Below, piece by piece: positions 44,941-48,534 of a stretch of 48,534 bases of DNA (position 1 is its first letter; every line of letters begins with the position of its first letter). Under the pieces are notes generated by a model, which made no database searches, was not told where the DNA came from, and saw only the letters and a program-made list of their open reading frames with translations. Source of the stretch: a candidate division WOR-3 bacterium (GTDB lineage: Bacteria; Hydrothermota; Hydrothermia; JBDRYB01); assembly GCA_039803205.1 (NCBI GenBank), contig JBDRYB010000013.1, positions 1 to 48,534 on the forward strand, given 5' to 3'. The position numbers and the translations under genes were made by a program.

Positions 44941-47095
44941 AAAACCTTTCCCTTATACTTATATCAGCCGGAGCCCTCTGGGCCTGGGACGGCTGGCTTT
45001 TTGTCTCACCTGGTGAGCAGAACATAAAGACCAGTTTCTCCCTTGAGAACCAGACCCTGGATAACTTCATCTTTTCCTGGCCAGCCATCTACCTCTTCTA
45101 CTTTCCTGATTGGCTTGAAGGTCCTCAAACAGGCGATTGGATGGGCAGAACACCTTCGTTCCTCCTCCTTATCCCAACGAGCTTGAGCCAGGAGAAACAG
45201 ACCTTATAGGTAGTTTCACCTTCCGCTGCCGTCCTGATGTTCAATATGGAACCTGGAGCGGGATAGTCCTTTGGCCGTCTGTTCTTAATGCGGAACTTAA
45301 ACCCCAGCACGGCGACCAGATCACGCTCGGTGTCCTCGTGGGGCCTCCTCCGCCTGTCCTCTCTGAGGAGGCTGTATCTGCTCATCAGATAAACCTTAGC
45401 TGGTATTTCCCTCGCGACGAGCACTACTACAACGGTGGCCAATATGTGTGCTGGAAGAACGAATACGAGGATGAATTCAAGAAGATCGCGATCCCCTCTA
45501 GCCTCAGGGAATACGAGCTAGAAGTTCCTCATGCTTCCACCGAATATCAGGTCTATGTTGGCGCGCTTTGGACAGGCCACGGCGTTCCTGACGCCCCTCC
45601 CTACGAGGGCTTCTCCGAAACCGCAACCGATACCACTTTTCCTTATCTTTCCTCTAGAAGCTGGGACTTCTTCTCTGGCCCCGAGCAGAACAAAGTGGTC
45701 TATGACCCCGATAACAACAGGTATTACCTTGTCCTCGTTGACCAGGGCAAGGTCTGGTTCAGCTACTCAACAAACGGAGGCATGTCTTGGAGCGAGCACA
45801 TCCCCATCTCTGGAAACATAAAGAACCTCGGCTCTCCTGCAATAGCTGATTTTGACGGAGGGGTTGGGGTGGTGTTCCTGGACGAGGAAAAGCGCATCTA
45901 CTACACTTACGCTGAGAACGGGAATCTGGATACCTGGACAGATCCCCAATGGCTGGCACCAAATACCATCTGGGCAGATATAATCTCTTTTGCCTCGTCC
46001 GGGAACACGGCTGTTCTGGGATACGGAGATTGGGCCAAATCCGGAGAGTCTTGGATTGGGGCTTTCTCTTTTGAGTTTAATAACCCTGGAACCCGGACTA
46101 TGCTCCTGAGCAAGAAGACCGGCTTCAAGGATATAGGCCTTGCTGTTTCTGAGAACGGTCAGGGAAGGCTCTTTGTGAGCGACGATTTCAATATCGTGAT
46201 CTACGGAGGCCCTATTGATGGCTCGTGGCAAGAAGTTGGCAGTGTGTCAGCTTATATTTCCGAGACCACGGAACCTTACCTTACCGCGACCTCCACAGGG
46301 GATAACTTCATAGCCGCGGCTACAACCGGAACCAACCAGATACTGATCGTTCACGACGCCTCTGGCTGGCAAACAGGAACAATAATGAGGCCAGATCAGC
46401 TTGTTCCCGTGACCCCTCACCTCTCAGCCAATGGCCAGGGGGACTTTACCCTTCTCTGGGCTGAAAACAACAACGGCAGGCTTGGGGTCTGGAAGGCTGA
46501 TGGAACCCTGAATGGTGGGTTATCGTTAGGAAACCCCTCAAAGGTCGGGGAGGCAAGCAACTTCACCGCCTATGGCGCTTATTTCCTCAACCCCCACGGG
46601 GTAAGGCCATTCCTTGATAAGATACTCGTTTTCCACGAGGACACGGTGAACCTTCCTCCCTATGAGCTGAAGGTTCATTCCATGCTTGAGGCGCTTATTG
46701 CACCCTCGGATGTTGTCATTCAGGCAATATCCTCCGAGGAGATTCAGGTCTCCTGGCTCAACAACTGCTCTGCGGCTTACATCAAGGTAGAATACACCCA
46801 GGAAAGGGATGGGCTTCCGCTTCCCGGATACGATGAAGTCCCGTGCACTGGCAAGGGAACACGACAGAGCCACATAATAGATAACCTCAAGCCCTCAGCA
46901 GAATACACCATAAGGCTCATAGCCGTTGACCAACAAGGTGAAGCTCCAACCGGGTATTACACAGCGATAACCCACCCCCACCTTTCGGCCCGCGTCCCCT
47001 TCTCCCTTGATCCCTCCAACAGCTCAAAGTTCGTAGAATCAAGGGACAAGGTCTATCTCGTTCACGAGGACCAGGACAGGGTTTGGCTCGCGTTC
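44937..47095 (+). pseudogene. Secreted Ig/FN3/BNR-propeller protein, frameshifted near 45140 and truncated near 47095
   Basis: ORFs 44907-45209 and 45137-47323 join with one extra G (GDW-DGQNTF); two FN3-like units; Asp-box STNGGMSWS; the tail reads into cassette copy 2. Confidence 0.75.
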
Positions 47096-47405
47096 CTGGC
47101 CCTCTCCCCATACCTCATGAACAAAGGGTTTTACGAGCTCCGAGGCCCTCAGAACCCCAGATTTTGGCCTCAGGAATGTTCTAAGTCCTTATCAGTCAAG
47201 GACTTAAATGTCAAACCCTTACCGGATAAGAATTACAGAATAGCTGTCTCTGAATCCCTCATAAAACAAGCGTTTCCGCGACTTGACACCCATAGTTGCA
47301 ATAGGTTCACCCCCCCCTTATAATGCTCAGGCTGAGTAAGATGGAGGTTGAAAGATGCTCTGGTTGATGCTCATAGGGGCTTTTGAGATAGTCCTGCCAG
47401 AGGGC
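47096..47405 (+). repeat. Promoter + gene-start cassette, copy 2
   Basis: Direct repeat of 42346-42667 (core offset 4738 bp). Confidence 0.92.
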
Positions 47406-47426
47406 AGGAGGAGATATGGGTTATGA
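47355..47426 (+). pseudogene. 23-aa stub paralogous to the N-terminus of the 42617 gene
   Basis: MLWLMLIGAFEIVLPEGRRRYGL* versus MLWLMLIGAYEVVLPEG; its stop overlaps ATG 47423. Confidence 0.75.
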
Positions 47427-48376
47427 ATATAGAAAGTAATGGTGCCAGGAAGGTGTCTGGGCGGTTCAGGCGGACAGTTTGGATTGGAATTTTGTGGGTC
47501 GCCGGGATAGGTTGCTACAAGGATTTGCCCCTGGAATTCGATCACTAGCGCGAGATCGAGCTAGTTGAGCCAGATGATTTCGGGTTCAAAGCGTTCGGCC
47601 CGGTGGTGGTCAGAGGGGAAAACGATATATGGATAAGTGGGTGGGGAGAAGATTATTCAAATCCCATAGTTTATCCTGCCCCAATAATTTTCCACTGGAA
47701 TGGCCAAATAATAGACGAATACCAAGTATTCAGCATTCAGTATGGGGTAGAGTTCCCGGCAATGAGCTTTGTGAGCTCCAAAGAGGGTTGGGCCGTTATT
47801 GACGAAGATGTCTGGCACCATAGCAGTGCTGGTTGGGAGAAGGACACTTCCCTCCCCTGTGACCTAAGCGACATTTACTTCCCCACCCAAGATGAGGGTT
47901 GGATCGTTGGGGGGAATTTCATATTTAAGTACCAAGAAGGAATCTGGATTGTTGCTGATAGCTTCCCTTTTAACCTCACAGCAATTGACTACAACGCCCC
48001 CAACGACATCTGGGTAGTTGGTGATGAGATTCTGAGATATGATGGGACAGGGTGGGCTGTGTTTGATTCCGCCATGTCAGGAGATGACATAGAAGTCCTA
48101 TCCCTTGACGACATATGGGTTGCGAGGGTAGATAGTTTCGATCTGCTACATTGGAACGGTTCTTCCTGGGAAGAAATAGATGTTAAGTGTTACAATCTAG
48201 ATTTTATTTCTGCGAATGATGGTTGGATAGTTGGTGATGGCATATGGCATTACGATCACGGAGACCTCTCAAAAGTAAGTCCCGACGGAATATGGATTTT
48301 TGGGGTAGATTTCTTGAATGCTGACTATGGGGCGGCCGCTGGTGATAAAATTTTTATATATGAAAAGAAAAGATAG
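47423..48376 (+). pseudogene. Lipoprotein beta-propeller (Trp-rich repeats) interrupted by an in-frame TAG at 47546
   Basis: MNIES...VWIGILWVAGIGC signal/lipobox is in frame with ORF 47603-48376 (GWAV, GWIVG, DIWVVG repeats). Confidence 0.75.
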
Positions 48377-48389
48377 GAGGTTCTTAAAA

Positions 48390-48430
48390 TGAACCCACTT
48401 CCTGCATGAATCTCAACCGAGGTGGGTTCA
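48390..48430. other. Inverted repeat downstream of the lipoprotein gene
   Basis: TGAACCCACTTC ... GAGGTGGGTTCA: 12-bp stem with one G-U pair, 17-nt loop. Confidence 0.4.
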
Positions 48431-48534
48431 GGGCCTAAAAACGGTCTTTGGAGGATGGGGGGAAGGATCTTTCTAGGGTTCTATTGCTCAGAAACCCCCC
48501 TCTGAGAGAGTCGAAAATGGTGTTTTCAGGGATG

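Noticed and set aside
47546..47548. TAG recoding (pyrrolysine or alternative genetic code)
   Set aside because: TAG is the normal stop of many intact genes here (4453 gene, pyrF, ABC permease, sor), and no pyl genes are visible.
42617..48376. Diversity-generating retroelement
   Set aside because: No reverse transcriptase; repeat differences are not adenine-specific and cover promoter and N-terminus rather than a C-terminal variable region.
32703..48534. tRNA-anchored prophage or integrative element
   Set aside because: No integrase, no duplicated tRNA 3' end seen, and housekeeping genes (surA) follow.

Overview
Bacterial chromosomal window of moderately high GC. It is probably from an anaerobic, diderm FCB-superphylum lineage (WOR-3-like). 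This is an inference from several T9SS/FlgD-type C-terminal sorting domains, LptE, SurA and rubrerythrin/superoxide reductase. The housekeeping core comprises tilS-hpt-ftsH-TPR, pyrF, rpe, glnA, an oxidative-stress operon, a 2-oxoacid oxidoreductase operon, tRNA-Glu(CTC), an SdhA/FrdA-like flavoprotein and a surA-dCMP deaminase operon. Most unusual elements: (1) a REP-associated HUH transposase (RAYT) between two directly oriented tandem arrays of a ~61-bp hairpin unit with a TTAG foot, where the gene's own stop codon is that foot; (2) a 42.3-48.4 kb island built on a duplicated ~315-bp promoter + gene-start cassette (paired palindromes, C8 tract in the -35/-10 spacer), driving different secreted payloads, most carrying one small lesion; (3) an AAGTCCTT-N7-AAGGACTT-like palindrome family upstream of surface-protein promoters; (4) a POR delta subunit split by a GltD-like NAD(P)H module; (5) an SdhA homologue lacking the covalent-FAD His, whose stop codon overlaps the tRNA 3' end; (6) many apparently leaderless GTG/TTG-start genes. 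All family assignments are by eye from motifs; no database searches were run.
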